DNA of 64,000 nucleotides from contig CAZPXH010000006.1 in assembly GCA_964591085.1 (NCBI GenBank), positions 12,873 through 76,872 of the forward strand, written 5' to 3'. The notes beneath the pieces were generated by a model. That model was not told the origin of the DNA. It saw only the letters and a program-made list of their open reading frames with translations, and made no database searches. Shown here in pieces: positions 45,388-55,361 of this stretch (position 1 is the first letter of the stretch; each line of letters opens with the position of its first letter). This stretch comes from an uncultured Spirochaetaceae bacterium (lineage in GTDB: Bacteria > Spirochaetota > Spirochaetia > DSM-27196 > CAZPXH01). Position numbers and translations under genes: made by a program.

Positions 45388-46472
45388 GCCTCTGCCCCCA
45401 TGCTGCCAGCTTCCTGCGTGCGGCTGCGGCGTGACATCTTCTGCAGATTCTTCACCTCCTGCCAGGCGGGCGTCTCCCTGACCTCATCACTGTAGAGAAA
45501 GCAGCGAACCTTGCGGTCATTCTCCACCTCAACCAATGCGGGTTCTGCCTCCCAGCACTTCTTCATCACTTTTGGGCAACGGGGCGCAAACCGGCAGCCA
45601 TTGGGGAAGTTCCGCGCATCCGGCGGTGCGCCAGGAATTGCCGTCAGCAGGTGTCGGGAGCCGTCAGCATTGGTTTTGCTGGTTCCAAGTACCGGCACTG
45701 ATCCGAGCAGGCCCTGAGTGTAGGGGTGCAGTGGCTTGGCAAAGATGTCCCTGACCGGAGCAGCTTCAACGGCAACCCCTGCGTACATGACAAGCACCCG
45801 CTCCGTGAAGCTCGCGATAACCGCAAGGTCGTGGGTGATGAACATGATGGAAGTATCAACCTTGTTCTTGAGGTCACCCATGAGCCGGAGGATCTGCGCC
45901 TGTATCGTGACGTCCAGCGCGGTTGTCGGCTCGTCCGCAATCATCACAGAGGGCTCGCACGCCATTGCAATGGCAATCATTACCCGCTGCCGCAGTCCAC
46001 CGGAAAGCTGGAAGGGATACTCGTGGATCCGCTCTTTCGGCTCCGAGATTCCCACGAGATCCAGGAGGCGAACGCTTTCGTCCAGTGCCTCTTTCTCGCT
46101 CATGTCCCGGTGAAGCAGCAAAGCCTCCGAGATCTGGTAGCCAACGGTGAAGACGGGGTTCAGAGAAGTCATCGGTTCCTGGAAGATCATGCTGATCCGG
46201 TTTCCCCGGACCTTGCGCATCTCCGTTTCGCTGACCGTCAGCAGGTCCCTGCCTTCCAGCATTATCTCGCCGGACTCAATTTTGCCGGGCGGATCGGGGA
46301 CCAGGCGCATTATTGACATGCTGGTCTGGCTCTTGCCGGAACCGGACTCACCAACAATTCCGAGGGTTTCCCCACGGCGGAGGGTGAAGTCCAGGCCGTC
46401 AACGGCGCGCACGGTGTAGCCGTGCATGTGGAAGTAGGTGCGGAGGTCTTTCACCTCCAGAAGCTTGTCCAT
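45384..46472 (-). CDS. Oligopeptide/dipeptide-type ABC transporter ATP-binding protein (OppD/DppD-like)
   Basis: Walker [10 protein letters not shown], signature LSGGLRQR, Walker [13 protein letters not shown]-terminal [10 protein letters not shown] motif. Confidence 0.9.
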   Translation of the reverse strand: MDKLLEVKDLRTYFHMHGYTVRAVDGLDFTLRRGETLGIVGESGSGKSQTSMSIMRLVPDPPGKIESGEIMLEGRDLLTVSETEMRKVRGNRISMIFQEPMTSLNPVFTVGYQISEALLLHRDMSEKEALDESVRLLDLVGISEPKERIHEYPFQLSGGLRQRVMIAIAMACEPSVMIADEPTTALDVTIQAQILRLMGDLKNKVDTSIMFITHDLAVIASFTERVLVMYAGVAVEAAPVRDIFAKPLHPYTQGLLGSVPVLGTSKTNADGSRHLLTAIPGAPPDARNFPNGCRFAPRCPKVMKKCWEAEPALVEVENDRKVRCFLYSDEVRETPAWQEVKNLQKMSRRSRTQEAGSMGAEA

Positions 46473-46499
46473 GCGATTCTGTTTCCTGTTCTCCTGGAT

Positions 46500-47954
46500 C
46501 TAGTGCTTGCTCTTGGGGTCTACGCTGTCCCGAATTCCGTCACCAAACAGGTTCCAGGCCATGATGGCCAGGAAGATCAGGAAGCCCGGAATCAGGATCC
46601 AGGGGAACTGCTGCATTACCCGGTTATTGCGAGCGGCAGACAGCATCAGCCCCCAGCTTGCCTGTGGTTCGGTGATGCCCAGGCCAAGGAGGCTGAGCGC
46701 GGACTCACCCAGGATGAAGCCCGGGATGGAAAGCGTGACTTGTACAATGGTGAAAGAAAAGGTGTTGGGGAGGATGTGCCTCCGGATGATGCGCAACCAG
46801 GAAAGACCCATGGTCCGCGCTGACATCACGTAGTCCTCGGTCTTGATTGAAAGCACCAGGCCCCTGATGACTCGGGACAGCGCTGCCCAACCAAGGAAGG
46901 ACAGAATCATGACAATGAACAGGTAAACCTGAACGGAGGTGAGACCCGCCGGCAACGCAGCTCTCAATGCAAACAACAGGTAGATGGAGGGAATGGACAG
47001 CAAAACCTCTGCTATCCGCATCAGTACGGTGTCTACCGCCCCCCCAAAGTACCCGCTGATTCCTCCGATCAGCAGACCAATCAGGAACGAGATGAAGGTA
47101 CCAATGAGACCGACCGAGAGCGAGATCCGAGCTCCATGCATCAAGCGGGACAGCTGATCCCGCCCCAGTGAGTCGGTTCCCCAGCGAAAGTACCCACCGG
47201 TGGGACTGGTCCACAGATGCCTCCGGGCCTGGAACAGCCCCAGGAAGCGATACGGTGTGCCTTCCGCAAACAGACCCATGAAGTTTTTGTTGCCCTTGGC
47301 CAGGATGAGCTCAAGGGGCTGCTCTTCTCCGGCAACGATAGTGGTACCCACCTGAAAGCGATAGCGGGCATCTGGATCCGGATCACGCTCCAGCCGAGCC
47401 AGCTCATCTTGCAAGCGGTCCAGCACCGGGCTGTCCTCGCTGAGACGGTAGTGGGCGCGCACATCCTCCCGGATTACCGCGGCACGGCCGGCTTCTTCCC
47501 GCGCGGTGCTGATGGAACGCAACTCATTGCGAACGATTGTCGGCTCAATGGATACGGCCCGGATGGCGCGCGGCGGAATGACGCCGTAGCTCTTATCCGA
47601 CAGGTTCACCAGGCGCTGTTCCAGCGTGTACGGGCGGAAGCCCCGAGAGCCGTCCGGATTCTCATAGAACCAGTAGGTCCGGGTGGGCGGATGGAAGCTC
47701 TTGGCCTTGTCCGTCCAGGTCATGTCGAAGGGCGCGAGAAAGTCTGCAAACACCGCGATGAAGTACAACAGGATGAGGATGACAAAGCCAACCTTGCCCA
47801 GGGTGTGTTTGCGGAAACGCCGCAGGTAGATGGACCAGATGCTTTCGTTCTTATCTCCTACGGCTTCCCGCACTGCCAGGAGCTCCTGACTGGTCACTCC
47901 GGGATCGTCAGTCGGCTGGGTGGCCGGGCTCTGTGTCTTTGTTCTATCTGCCAT
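46500..47954 (-). CDS. ABC transporter permease (OppC/DppC-like) with a long extracytoplasmic insertion
   Basis: GTDSLGRDQLSRL motif and a type-1 ABC TM domain. About 190 aa lie between TM1 and that motif. Confidence 0.85.
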   Translation of the reverse strand: MADRTKTQSPATQPTDDPGVTSQELLAVREAVGDKNESIWSIYLRRFRKHTLGKVGFVILILLYFIAVFADFLAPFDMTWTDKAKSFHPPTRTYWFYENPDGSRGFRPYTLEQRLVNLSDKSYGVIPPRAIRAVSIEPTIVRNELRSISTAREEAGRAAVIREDVRAHYRLSEDSPVLDRLQDELARLERDPDPDARYRFQVGTTIVAGEEQPLELILAKGNKNFMGLFAEGTPYRFLGLFQARRHLWTSPTGGYFRWGTDSLGRDQLSRLMHGARISLSVGLIGTFISFLIGLLIGGISGYFGGAVDTVLMRIAEVLLSIPSIYLLFALRAALPAGLTSVQVYLFIVMILSFLGWAALSRVIRGLVLSIKTEDYVMSARTMGLSWLRIIRRHILPNTFSFTIVQVTLSIPGFILGESALSLLGLGITEPQASWGLMLSAARNNRVMQQFPWILIPGFLIFLAIMAWNLFGDGIRDSVDPKSKH

Positions 47955-49093
47955 CAGGAAATCCTCACTCTTGGGTCTACCAGTGCCAGGAGAATGTCAG
48001 CAATAAGATTACCAATAACCAGCAGGATCACGCCGTACACCAGGGAGCCGACGACCAGGTAGGTGTCTTGCTGCAGGACTGCCTGCAGGATCAGCCGGCC
48101 GAGGCCCGGCCAGGAAAGCACGGTTTCGGTCAGCGCTGCACCAGCCATGATGTTGCCGATTTGAAATCCGAGGATGGTGATCATGGGATTGATAGCGTTC
48201 CGCAGTGCGTGGCGATACACCACAACGCGCTCGACCTGCCCTTTTGCCCGCGCCGTCACTATGTACTGCTGATTCATGATCTCAAGCATGTTTGCGCGCA
48301 TCACACGGGTAAGGCCCGCCATTGCGCTGGTACCCAAAACAAAGACCGGAAGGATCATGTGCCATGCAACATTCGCCGCGCGTGCAAAGAAGCCAAGATT
48401 CTCAACGCCCAGGCTTCTCATTCCTCCAAGGGGCAGCGGGATGTTGAACTCCAGGATGAAGAAGAGCATCAGGAATGCCAGGAAGAAGTTGGGTATAGCC
48501 AGGCCCACGAAGGCCAGGGCGGAGATGGTCTGATCCTGCCATTTGTACTGATTGGTCGCCGCCCATATTCCGGCCGGTATGCTGAACCCCCAGGCCAGCA
48601 CCAAGGTTGTCAGAGCAAGGAGGACGGTATTCAGTGCTCTCGTGGTCACCAGGAAGGTGACGGGAGCCTTGAAGGTAATGGATATCCCAAAGTCACCCTG
48701 AATTGCGTTCCAGACATAGAGGATGAACTGCACCGACCAGTGTCGGTCCAGCCCAAACTGCACCCGCAGCCTGTCAACGTCTCCCGGCTCATTGGTGGGG
48801 TCCAGCTCAAACTGCGTGAGGATGTCTCCCGGGGCCAGCTGCACCAGCGCAAAGCCCAGGGCAATCACCATGAACAGCGTCGGGATCAATTGCAGCATTC
48901 GCCGCAAAATAAAGCTCAACAGAGCCGGACTGAACCACGCCAGCCGGAATACCCAGCTGACAAGCTCTGTCAACAGAAGCGCGCCAAACCAGCTGCTCCC
49001 GGTCAGCAACAGCACTATGTACAGAACCAGGTCCAGGATGAAGCTGAACTTCCAGTCCACGCTGCGCAGTTTTCCCAACACAAAAGCGAACAT
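47954..49093 (-). CDS. ABC transporter permease (OppB/DppB-like)
   Basis: FILRRMLQLIPTLFMVIALGFALVQLAPGD is a typical OppB N-terminus. Multiple TM segments. RBS GGAAGGA upstream. Confidence 0.88.
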   Translation of the reverse strand: MFAFVLGKLRSVDWKFSFILDLVLYIVLLLTGSSWFGALLLTELVSWVFRLAWFSPALLSFILRRMLQLIPTLFMVIALGFALVQLAPGDILTQFELDPTNEPGDVDRLRVQFGLDRHWSVQFILYVWNAIQGDFGISITFKAPVTFLVTTRALNTVLLALTTLVLAWGFSIPAGIWAATNQYKWQDQTISALAFVGLAIPNFFLAFLMLFFILEFNIPLPLGGMRSLGVENLGFFARAANVAWHMILPVFVLGTSAMAGLTRVMRANMLEIMNQQYIVTARAKGQVERVVVYRHALRNAINPMITILGFQIGNIMAGAALTETVLSWPGLGRLILQAVLQQDTYLVVGSLVYGVILLVIGNLIADILLALVDPRVRIS

Positions 49094-49239
49094 TCACAGA
49101 TCCTTCCAGAGTCTCTATTCGCGGTCCACCGGACCACGGGTCACCCTATTGGGGGATGACAGGCAGCCTCGCGGCTGCCGAGCGCCTGTCCCGGTCGGCA
49201 GAAGTCCCCGGCCGGCAGAGCCTTCTGTCGTACGGGATA

Positions 49240-49275
49240 AGCAAAGAATGGCCTGGCGGACGAATCCACCAGGCC
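49240..49275 (-). terminator. Stem-loop / partial terminator just after the binding-protein gene
   Basis: On the minus strand, GGCCTGGTGGA-TTCG-TCCGCCAGGCC (11 bp with 1 mismatch), followed by ATTCTTTGCTTAT. It begins 25 nt after the stop. Confidence 0.45.
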
Positions 49276-49300
49276 ACTGAAGTCAACGACTTGAAATGTC

Positions 49301-51193
49301 TCAGTCGTCGATGAAGAAGAACTCAATCGCGCCCTTGAACCCATAGGCATCAAAGGGATGAACGATGATGTTCCCGATGTTGGCCTTATAGGCGGAAATG
49401 CTGGCCGGGTTGAAGGTGTAAACCCACGGCACCTCGCGGATCCAGATTTCCTGCATCTCATCATAGTACGGCACTGCCGCTTCCTCGGTGGGGCTGGTGA
49501 CCGCAAGGTCATACAGCTCATCCACGCGGGCCTCCCATGCACGGCGGGGGCTTTCCTGGAGCGGCTCAATCATGTGCAGGTTACCGTCGGACGGATACAC
49601 GTTGGATCCAAAGACAGGACCAATGTTTCCGGTAAGACCGATGAGGATCAGCTCCCAGTCATAGCTGGAGACCAGCTGGTTGACCAGAACGTTGAAGTCA
49701 ATCGGGTTTGGAATGATCTCAAGACCAACGTTTGCGGCTTCCTGGGCAAAGAGCTCAACAATCCGCTCTCGAACACGGTTACCCGCGTTGGTGGAGAGGG
49801 TCAGAGAGATCTTGTTACCATCCGGATCCTCGCGGAATCCGTCTCCGTCACGGTCAATGTAGTCGATGCTGTCAAGCAGATTGGCGGCACGATCGGGGTC
49901 GTATGGGTACGCAATGTCCTCGGCGGTCTCCAGAAAGAAGGGGCTCTGAACCGGGATGAAGCTGTACTGGGGGAATCCGTAGCCAAAGGCAATGTTGTTG
50001 ATGATTGTCTGGCGATCAACGAGGTGTGCCATGGCAACGCGGAAGGTGTCGTTGCTGTTCCAGGTCAGTGCAGGGGGCTCAAGTCCGGTATCATCTTCAC
50101 CCTCAATGGGGTTCTGGTTGAACGTGATGAACTGCGTTCCACCGGCCGGACCAACGTTCCACAGGGTCAGACCAACTCCGTCGGCCTGCTCCAGAACAGT
50201 GCTCACGTCCTCACCGCGGATACCAAGGCCATCAATCTGACCGGCAAGCAGGTTCTGCAACTGGGTGTCCTGGTCCGGAATAATCCGGTAGACGATTTCG
50301 TCCAGATAGGGCAGCTGCGTGCCAGAGGCATCGGTGCGGTAGTAGTTGGGGTTGCGGGCCATTCGCACAAGCTCACCGGGTACGTACTCGGCGATGGTGA
50401 AGGGACCTGCGCCAACGATGGTGGTTACGTCTGCATCAACACCGAATGCACTGTTGGCAGCGGCGTAGTTGACGCTGGGATCCTTGATCTCAACGACGTT
50501 GCCTTCCTCATCGTACTCGTACTCATAGTCCAACCCGACAGAAGGAGTCCATCCAATGATGGACGCCCACACGTGCAACGGCTCGGGGGTAATCCCGGTC
50601 AAACCCAGCACGTCAATGTAGGTGGTAGGCAGCGTAGCGCGGTAGGTCAGCTCGTCCACAACTTCAAAGACCACGGGCTCATCGCGGCCGGTGTCCGGGT
50701 TCTCCAGGAAGAGCGAATTTCGGACGCTCTGATCCACGTCCTCACGGAGGTACAGGTGGTTCATGGTGAACACCAGGTCCTCAGCGGTGACGGGCTCACC
50801 ATCGCTCCACAGCAGACCTTGGCGCAGGGTACCTGTGACGGTCCGGCCGTCCGCGCTGATCTCCCAGGTAGCGAGGCGTGGCTCGTATTCCAGGTCCAGC
50901 TGGCTCCGTGCCCAAGTGCTTTCCTGGGTCAGGTCCGTGATGTCCGTGGTGGACGTCTCGGCTGCAATGACGGAGTTTAGAGAGTTGGGGTCACTCAGGC
51001 TGGCAAGCACCAGGGTGCCGCCGCGCTGACCGATTTCCCATGCCGAGTAGTCAATGTTTTCGATTCCATCGAAACTGATGCCGGCAAGTTCGTCCTCAAC
51101 ATCAACTACTTCTTCGCCACCACCGCCAGCAAAGGCGGTTCCGACACTCAGAAGCAGGATGAGAAGGATAGGGATGAGATGAAGCTTTTTCAT
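49301..51193 (-). CDS. ABC transporter substrate-binding protein, family 5 (peptide/oligosaccharide type)
   Basis: Signal peptide (LIPILLILLLSVGTAFAGGGGE), 630 aa with SBP_bac_5-like sequence. Strong RBS AAGGAGG. Confidence 0.88.
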   Translation of the reverse strand: MKKLHLIPILLILLLSVGTAFAGGGGEEVVDVEDELAGISFDGIENIDYSAWEIGQRGGTLVLASLSDPNSLNSVIAAETSTTDITDLTQESTWARSQLDLEYEPRLATWEISADGRTVTGTLRQGLLWSDGEPVTAEDLVFTMNHLYLREDVDQSVRNSLFLENPDTGRDEPVVFEVVDELTYRATLPTTYIDVLGLTGITPEPLHVWASIIGWTPSVGLDYEYEYDEEGNVVEIKDPSVNYAAANSAFGVDADVTTIVGAGPFTIAEYVPGELVRMARNPNYYRTDASGTQLPYLDEIVYRIIPDQDTQLQNLLAGQIDGLGIRGEDVSTVLEQADGVGLTLWNVGPAGGTQFITFNQNPIEGEDDTGLEPPALTWNSNDTFRVAMAHLVDRQTIINNIAFGYGFPQYSFIPVQSPFFLETAEDIAYPYDPDRAANLLDSIDYIDRDGDGFREDPDGNKISLTLSTNAGNRVRERIVELFAQEAANVGLEIIPNPIDFNVLVNQLVSSYDWELILIGLTGNIGPVFGSNVYPSDGNLHMIEPLQESPRRAWEARVDELYDLAVTSPTEEAAVPYYDEMQEIWIREVPWVYTFNPASISAYKANIGNIIVHPFDAYGFKGAIEFFFIDD

Positions 51194-51250
51194 CTACATG
51201 GCCTCCTTACAGAGTAGTTCGAAGAACACTACCGAACTCCGAATGATTAT

Positions 51251-51290
51251 GCAACAAAGAAGCGCCCGGGATTGATACATCGCGGGCGCT
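51251..51290 (-). terminator. Bidirectional-looking intrinsic terminator between the hydrogenase operon and the ABC transporter operon
   Basis: Perfect 8-bp stem, AGCGCCCG (51261-51268) with CGGGCGCT (51283-51290). It is flanked by TTTT on the plus strand and TCTTTGTTG on the minus strand. Confidence 0.6.
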
Positions 51291-51398
51291 TTTTCATTAA
51301 AGATGCTACCAATTCGTAGGGATTGCTCTCTTGTGACACCGAAACGTTGGGAATCGTCCCGGTGCGGCAGGGCACCCCTGAGGCCTCAGGCCCGGGAC

Positions 51399-53144
51399 CT
51401 ACTTCACGTAGCTCGGGCGCGGCGTGTAGTGGGTATGCAGATACTCGTGGCTCTTGGCCGAGAGCGGCTTCTCCAGGAACTGCTCGTAGAGCTCCTTGAT
51501 CATCGGGTTCTCGTGCGAGAGCCGGAGTTCCCGATCCTTATCATCTGTATAGAGCCCGTTGATCCGCTGCTGCCGCACTTCGTCCGTTGCACCATAGGGC
51601 TGGCCGCCGCCACCAATGCAACCGCCCCGGCATGCCATCACTTCAATGAAGTGATAGGGCATCTCCTCTCCGGCAGCCGCGGCACGCTTGACCTCATCCA
51701 GCACGGAGCGAACGTTGGCCATCTGGTGGGCCACCGCAACGCGGACCTCGGTCCCCTTGATGTCAATGGCGGCGGACTTCACGCCCTCCAGCCCGCGCAC
51801 TGCCTCAAAGTCAACAGACGCAAGGTTCTCGCCGGTGACAAAGTTGTAGGCGGTGCGGAGCGCGGCCTCCATCACTCCACCGGTTGCGCCAAAGATGGTT
51901 CCGGCACCGGAGTAGATTCCCAGCCAGGGGTCTGCCTCCTCGTCCGGGAGGCTGAGGAAATCAATACCCGCGCTCTTGATCATTCGCGCAAGCTCCCTGG
52001 TGGTGACAACCACATCGATGTCCTGCACACCGCTGGATCTCATCTCGCTTGAGCGGGTGATCTCATACTTCTTGCTGGTACAGGGCATGACCGAGGCGTG
52101 GAAGATGTCCTCCGCCTTCAGTCCGCGCTTCTGGGCAAAGTAGGTGCGGATCATCGCACCCATCATCATTTGCGGGCTCTTTGCGGTGGAGAAGTACGGA
52201 ATCAGCTCCGAGTAGAACTTCTCCATGTAGTCCACCCAGCTCGGGCAGCAGGTGGTGATCAGCGGCATGGCGCCTTCACCGGTGGTGAAGCGATGCACAA
52301 ACTCGCTGGCCTCTTCCATGATGGTGAGGTCCGCGGAGAAGTTTGTGTCAAACACCACGTCAAAGCCAAGGCGCCGCAGCGCTGCGTAGATCTTGCCGGT
52401 GGTCAGTGTCCCGGGGGCAAGTCCAAAAGCCTCGCCGAGGGCCACCCGCACTGCGGGCGCAACCTGGACAACCTTCACCTTGTTGGGGTCCCGGAGGCCG
52501 TTCCAGACCTTGCCGGTCTCGTCTTTCTCGTAGATGGCACCAACGGGGCAGTGCGCGGAGCACTGGCCGCACTTGATGCAGGGGCTGTCATTCAGTGCGA
52601 TGTCACCGGCAACCGCCATCCGCACTTCGTCTCCGCGTCCAATGAACTCAAGGGCCCAGACGTCCTGCATCTGCTGGCACACGTTCACACAGCGCCCGCA
52701 CTTCACGCACTTCTCCGGCTCAAGCACGATTGATGGCGTGGAATCGTCAATGGGAATTTCCGGAACGTTCATTTCAAACGGGATCTCCCGGATTCCGAAT
52801 TCGGCGGCCAGCCGCTGGAGCTCGCAGGTCCCGTTGCGCAGGCAGTGCAGGCAGCTGTTTGGGTGCGTGGAGAGGATCATCTCTATGATGGTCTTGCGGA
52901 TCTGCACGATCTCCGGATCGTGGGTACGGATGGACATGCCCTCAATGATTTCCGTCGCGCAGGCCCGCATCATCTTGGGTGAACCGTCCAGCTTCACCAC
53001 GCAGATCCCGCAGGCGGCCCAGGGCGGCAGATCCGGGTGGTAGCAAAGCGCAGGGATCTTGACTCCCGCCTGTCTTGCGGCTTTCAGGATTGAGGTGCCT
53101 TCCGTTACTTGAAGGTCAATCCCGTTTATTGTGCAGTTGATCAT
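51399..53144 (-). CDS. hydA: [FeFe]-hydrogenase catalytic subunit, group A3-like (HydA)
   Basis: N-terminal 2Fe-2S and 4Fe-4S Cys clusters. H-cluster motifs TTCCPSW, MPCTSKKYE, EVMACRGGCIGGGGQP. Confidence 0.93.
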   Translation of the reverse strand: MINCTINGIDLQVTEGTSILKAARQAGVKIPALCYHPDLPPWAACGICVVKLDGSPKMMRACATEIIEGMSIRTHDPEIVQIRKTIIEMILSTHPNSCLHCLRNGTCELQRLAAEFGIREIPFEMNVPEIPIDDSTPSIVLEPEKCVKCGRCVNVCQQMQDVWALEFIGRGDEVRMAVAGDIALNDSPCIKCGQCSAHCPVGAIYEKDETGKVWNGLRDPNKVKVVQVAPAVRVALGEAFGLAPGTLTTGKIYAALRRLGFDVVFDTNFSADLTIMEEASEFVHRFTTGEGAMPLITTCCPSWVDYMEKFYSELIPYFSTAKSPQMMMGAMIRTYFAQKRGLKAEDIFHASVMPCTSKKYEITRSSEMRSSGVQDIDVVVTTRELARMIKSAGIDFLSLPDEEADPWLGIYSGAGTIFGATGGVMEAALRTAYNFVTGENLASVDFEAVRGLEGVKSAAIDIKGTEVRVAVAHQMANVRSVLDEVKRAAAAGEEMPYHFIEVMACRGGCIGGGGQPYGATDEVRQQRINGLYTDDKDRELRLSHENPMIKELYEQFLEKPLSAKSHEYLHTHYTPRPSYVK

Positions 53145-53156
53145 TCCCGTATCTCC

Positions 53157-54944
53157 CTAGCGCCGCTCAATGGCGCTGAACTTGCAGCTTTCGTAGCAGA
53201 TCCCGCACTTGATGCAGGCTTCCTGGTCAATGACGTGCAGGCCACGTTTCTCTCCGCTGATGCAGCTCACCGGGCACTTGCGGGCGCAAACGGTGCAGCC
53301 GGTGCAGGCGTCTTCCAGAATCCAGTAGCTCACCAGGTCCTTGCACACTCCGGCCGGGCACTGGTTTGCCTCAATGTGAGAGAGGTACTCGTCCCGGAAG
53401 TGCGTGAGAGTGGAAAGCACCGGGTTTGGCGAGGTCTGGCCGAGACCGCAGAGGCTTCCGCGCTGCATGGCTAACCCAATCGCCTGAATCCTGTCGATGT
53501 CTTCCATGGTGGCCTTGCCGGAGGAAATCTTGCAGAGGAGGTTGTACAGTTTGCGCCCTCCAACACGGCACGGGGCGCACTTGCCGCAGCTCTCCTCAAC
53601 GGTGAAACCAAGGTAGAAGCGGGCGACGTCTACAATGCAGTCGTCCTCGTCCATGACGATCATGCCGCCCGAGCCCATGATGCTCCCCAGTTCCTTCAGG
53701 TGCTCAAAGTCGATTGGAGTATCTAAGTATTCGGCGGTGATCACACCACCGCTCGGACCGCCAGTCTGCACGGCCTTGAACTTCTTGCCGCCGGGAACGC
53801 CGCCACCAATGTTGTACACGATGTCCCTGAGGGGAGTTCCCATTGGCACTTCAACCAGACCGGAGTTTGCGATCTTGCCGGTGAGGGCGAAAACCTTGGT
53901 GCCCTTGCTGGTCTCTGTTCCGATCTTCCCGAACCAGTCACCGCCGCGGGTGATGATCACCGGGATGTTTGCCCAGGTCTCCACGTTGTTGATAACGGTC
54001 GGCTTGCCCCACAGCCCCTTCACCGCCGGGAAGGGCGGGCGAGGACGGGGCATGCCCCGCTCGCCTTCTATACTTGCCAGAAGTGCGGTTTCCTCACCGC
54101 AGACAAATGCTCCGGCGCCGAGCCGAATCTCAATCTCAAAACTGAAGTCGCTACCAAGGATGTTCTTACCCAACAGGCCGTATTCAGTCGCCTGCTCTAT
54201 GGCAATGCGCAGGCGCTCAATGGCCAGCGGATACTCGGCACGGATGTAGATGAAGCCGCGCTCCGCTCCCACGGTCCGGCCGGCAATGGACATGGACTCC
54301 AGAACCGAGTGCGGATCACCTTCCAGGACACTCCGGTCCATGTAGGCTCCGGGATCGCCCTCGTCCGCGTTGCAGACGACGTATTTCACATCACCTTCTA
54401 CGACGCGGGTGAAGTCCCATTTCCGCCACGTTGGGAAGCCTGCGCCGCCCCGCCCGCGCAGCCCGCTCTTTTTGAGCTCGTCAATGACATCTTCCGGGCT
54501 CATTTCAAAGAGGACTCTCTCCAACGCCGCATACCCGTCCCGCGCGATGTACTCGTCTATGCTCTCAGGGTTGATTGCACCGCAGTTGCGGAGCACGATC
54601 CGGAACTGCTTCTGATAGAAGCTGAAGTCATCAACACCAACGTTTTCCTGGCTGTCCGCTTCACGATACTGGAGCCGGTCTACCCTTCGCCCCTTGAGGA
54701 ACTGTTCGGACACGATCTCGGCGGCGTCTTCCGGTTTGACCTCAACGTAGAAGCTCTCGTCCGGAAGCACCTTTACAATGGGGCCCTTCTCGCAGAACCC
54801 GAAACAGCCGGTCTTCACCACCTGCACGGTGTTTTGAAGCCCGTGCTTCTCCGTCTCTGTCAACAGATTCCGGTAGATGGAATCGGATTTGCTGCTTTCA
54901 CACGCGGTTCCGGCACAGACCAGGCAGTACTGCTGAAACGCCAT
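53157..54944 (-). CDS. hydB: NuoF-like flavoprotein subunit of NAD(P)H-dependent hydrogenase (HydB)
   Basis: GRGGAGFPTWRKW FMN/NADH site, an N-terminal thioredoxin-like 2Fe-2S region (CAGTAC..., TGCFGFCEKGP), and C-terminal 2x[4Fe-4S] motifs. Confidence 0.92.
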   Translation of the reverse strand: MAFQQYCLVCAGTACESSKSDSIYRNLLTETEKHGLQNTVQVVKTGCFGFCEKGPIVKVLPDESFYVEVKPEDAAEIVSEQFLKGRRVDRLQYREADSQENVGVDDFSFYQKQFRIVLRNCGAINPESIDEYIARDGYAALERVLFEMSPEDVIDELKKSGLRGRGGAGFPTWRKWDFTRVVEGDVKYVVCNADEGDPGAYMDRSVLEGDPHSVLESMSIAGRTVGAERGFIYIRAEYPLAIERLRIAIEQATEYGLLGKNILGSDFSFEIEIRLGAGAFVCGEETALLASIEGERGMPRPRPPFPAVKGLWGKPTVINNVETWANIPVIITRGGDWFGKIGTETSKGTKVFALTGKIANSGLVEVPMGTPLRDIVYNIGGGVPGGKKFKAVQTGGPSGGVITAEYLDTPIDFEHLKELGSIMGSGGMIVMDEDDCIVDVARFYLGFTVEESCGKCAPCRVGGRKLYNLLCKISSGKATMEDIDRIQAIGLAMQRGSLCGLGQTSPNPVLSTLTHFRDEYLSHIEANQCPAGVCKDLVSYWILEDACTGCTVCARKCPVSCISGEKRGLHVIDQEACIKCGICYESCKFSAIERR

Positions 54945-54947
54945 ACC

Positions 54948-55361
54948 TTACTCCTTTGCCCCGGCCTGACCGGGTTCCACGATGTCTATTGCCGGGCGGT
55001 CAAAGACGTGCTCGTTGACCAGCCGCCTTTGAATGATGTGTTCCTCAATTATGCGGACCGCCACCTTGGAATCCACACGCCCGTAGATGGTACGGGGCAT
55101 CCCTTCCATCTTCACCTCCACCGTCGGCTCGGCGTGATCCAGCCCGAAGCCACCGGACTGCCGGAGGGCAACGTGTGTCATGCCGCGCTGCTCGAGCTCG
55201 GACAGAAACGCCGCGAGGGTCTGCTTTGCCCCAGCAGCAATCCCGCTGGTCCCCATGCCAACAACAATCTGAACCGTCTTGTTGTCCGTATCCCGCATCT
55301 CCAGCGCCTGACGGCGCTCGTCTCGTAGCTTCCGCAAATCATCAAGGGTGAGTTTGGCCAC
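54948..55361 (-). CDS. Thioredoxin-like [2Fe-2S] ferredoxin-fold protein lacking all Cys ligands
   Basis: 137 aa. VVGMGTSGIAAGA and RQSGGFGLDHAEP align by eye to the usual VCMGTCGIAAGA / QTGCIGLCE.EP motifs. The protein contains no cysteine at all. Confidence 0.7.
   Translation of the reverse strand: MAKLTLDDLRKLRDERRQALEMRDTDNKTVQIVVGMGTSGIAAGAKQTLAAFLSELEQRGMTHVALRQSGGFGLDHAEPTVEVKMEGMPRTIYGRVDSKVAVRIIEEHIIQRRLVNEHVFDRPAIDIVEPGQAGAKE

Noticed and set aside
49358-50980. 540-aa ORF antisense to the substrate-binding protein gene (also 47933-49159 and 35449-36714, antisense to the permease and PhoH genes)
   Set aside because: These are high-GC antisense shadow ORFs. The sense-strand products have clear family signatures.
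51194-51250. Sigma-70-like promoter for the ABC operon (TTGCAT-17 nt-TAGTGT on the minus strand)
   Set aside because: The match is weak (4/6 and 3/6) and the consensus for this organism is unknown. It is not reliable without transcript start data.
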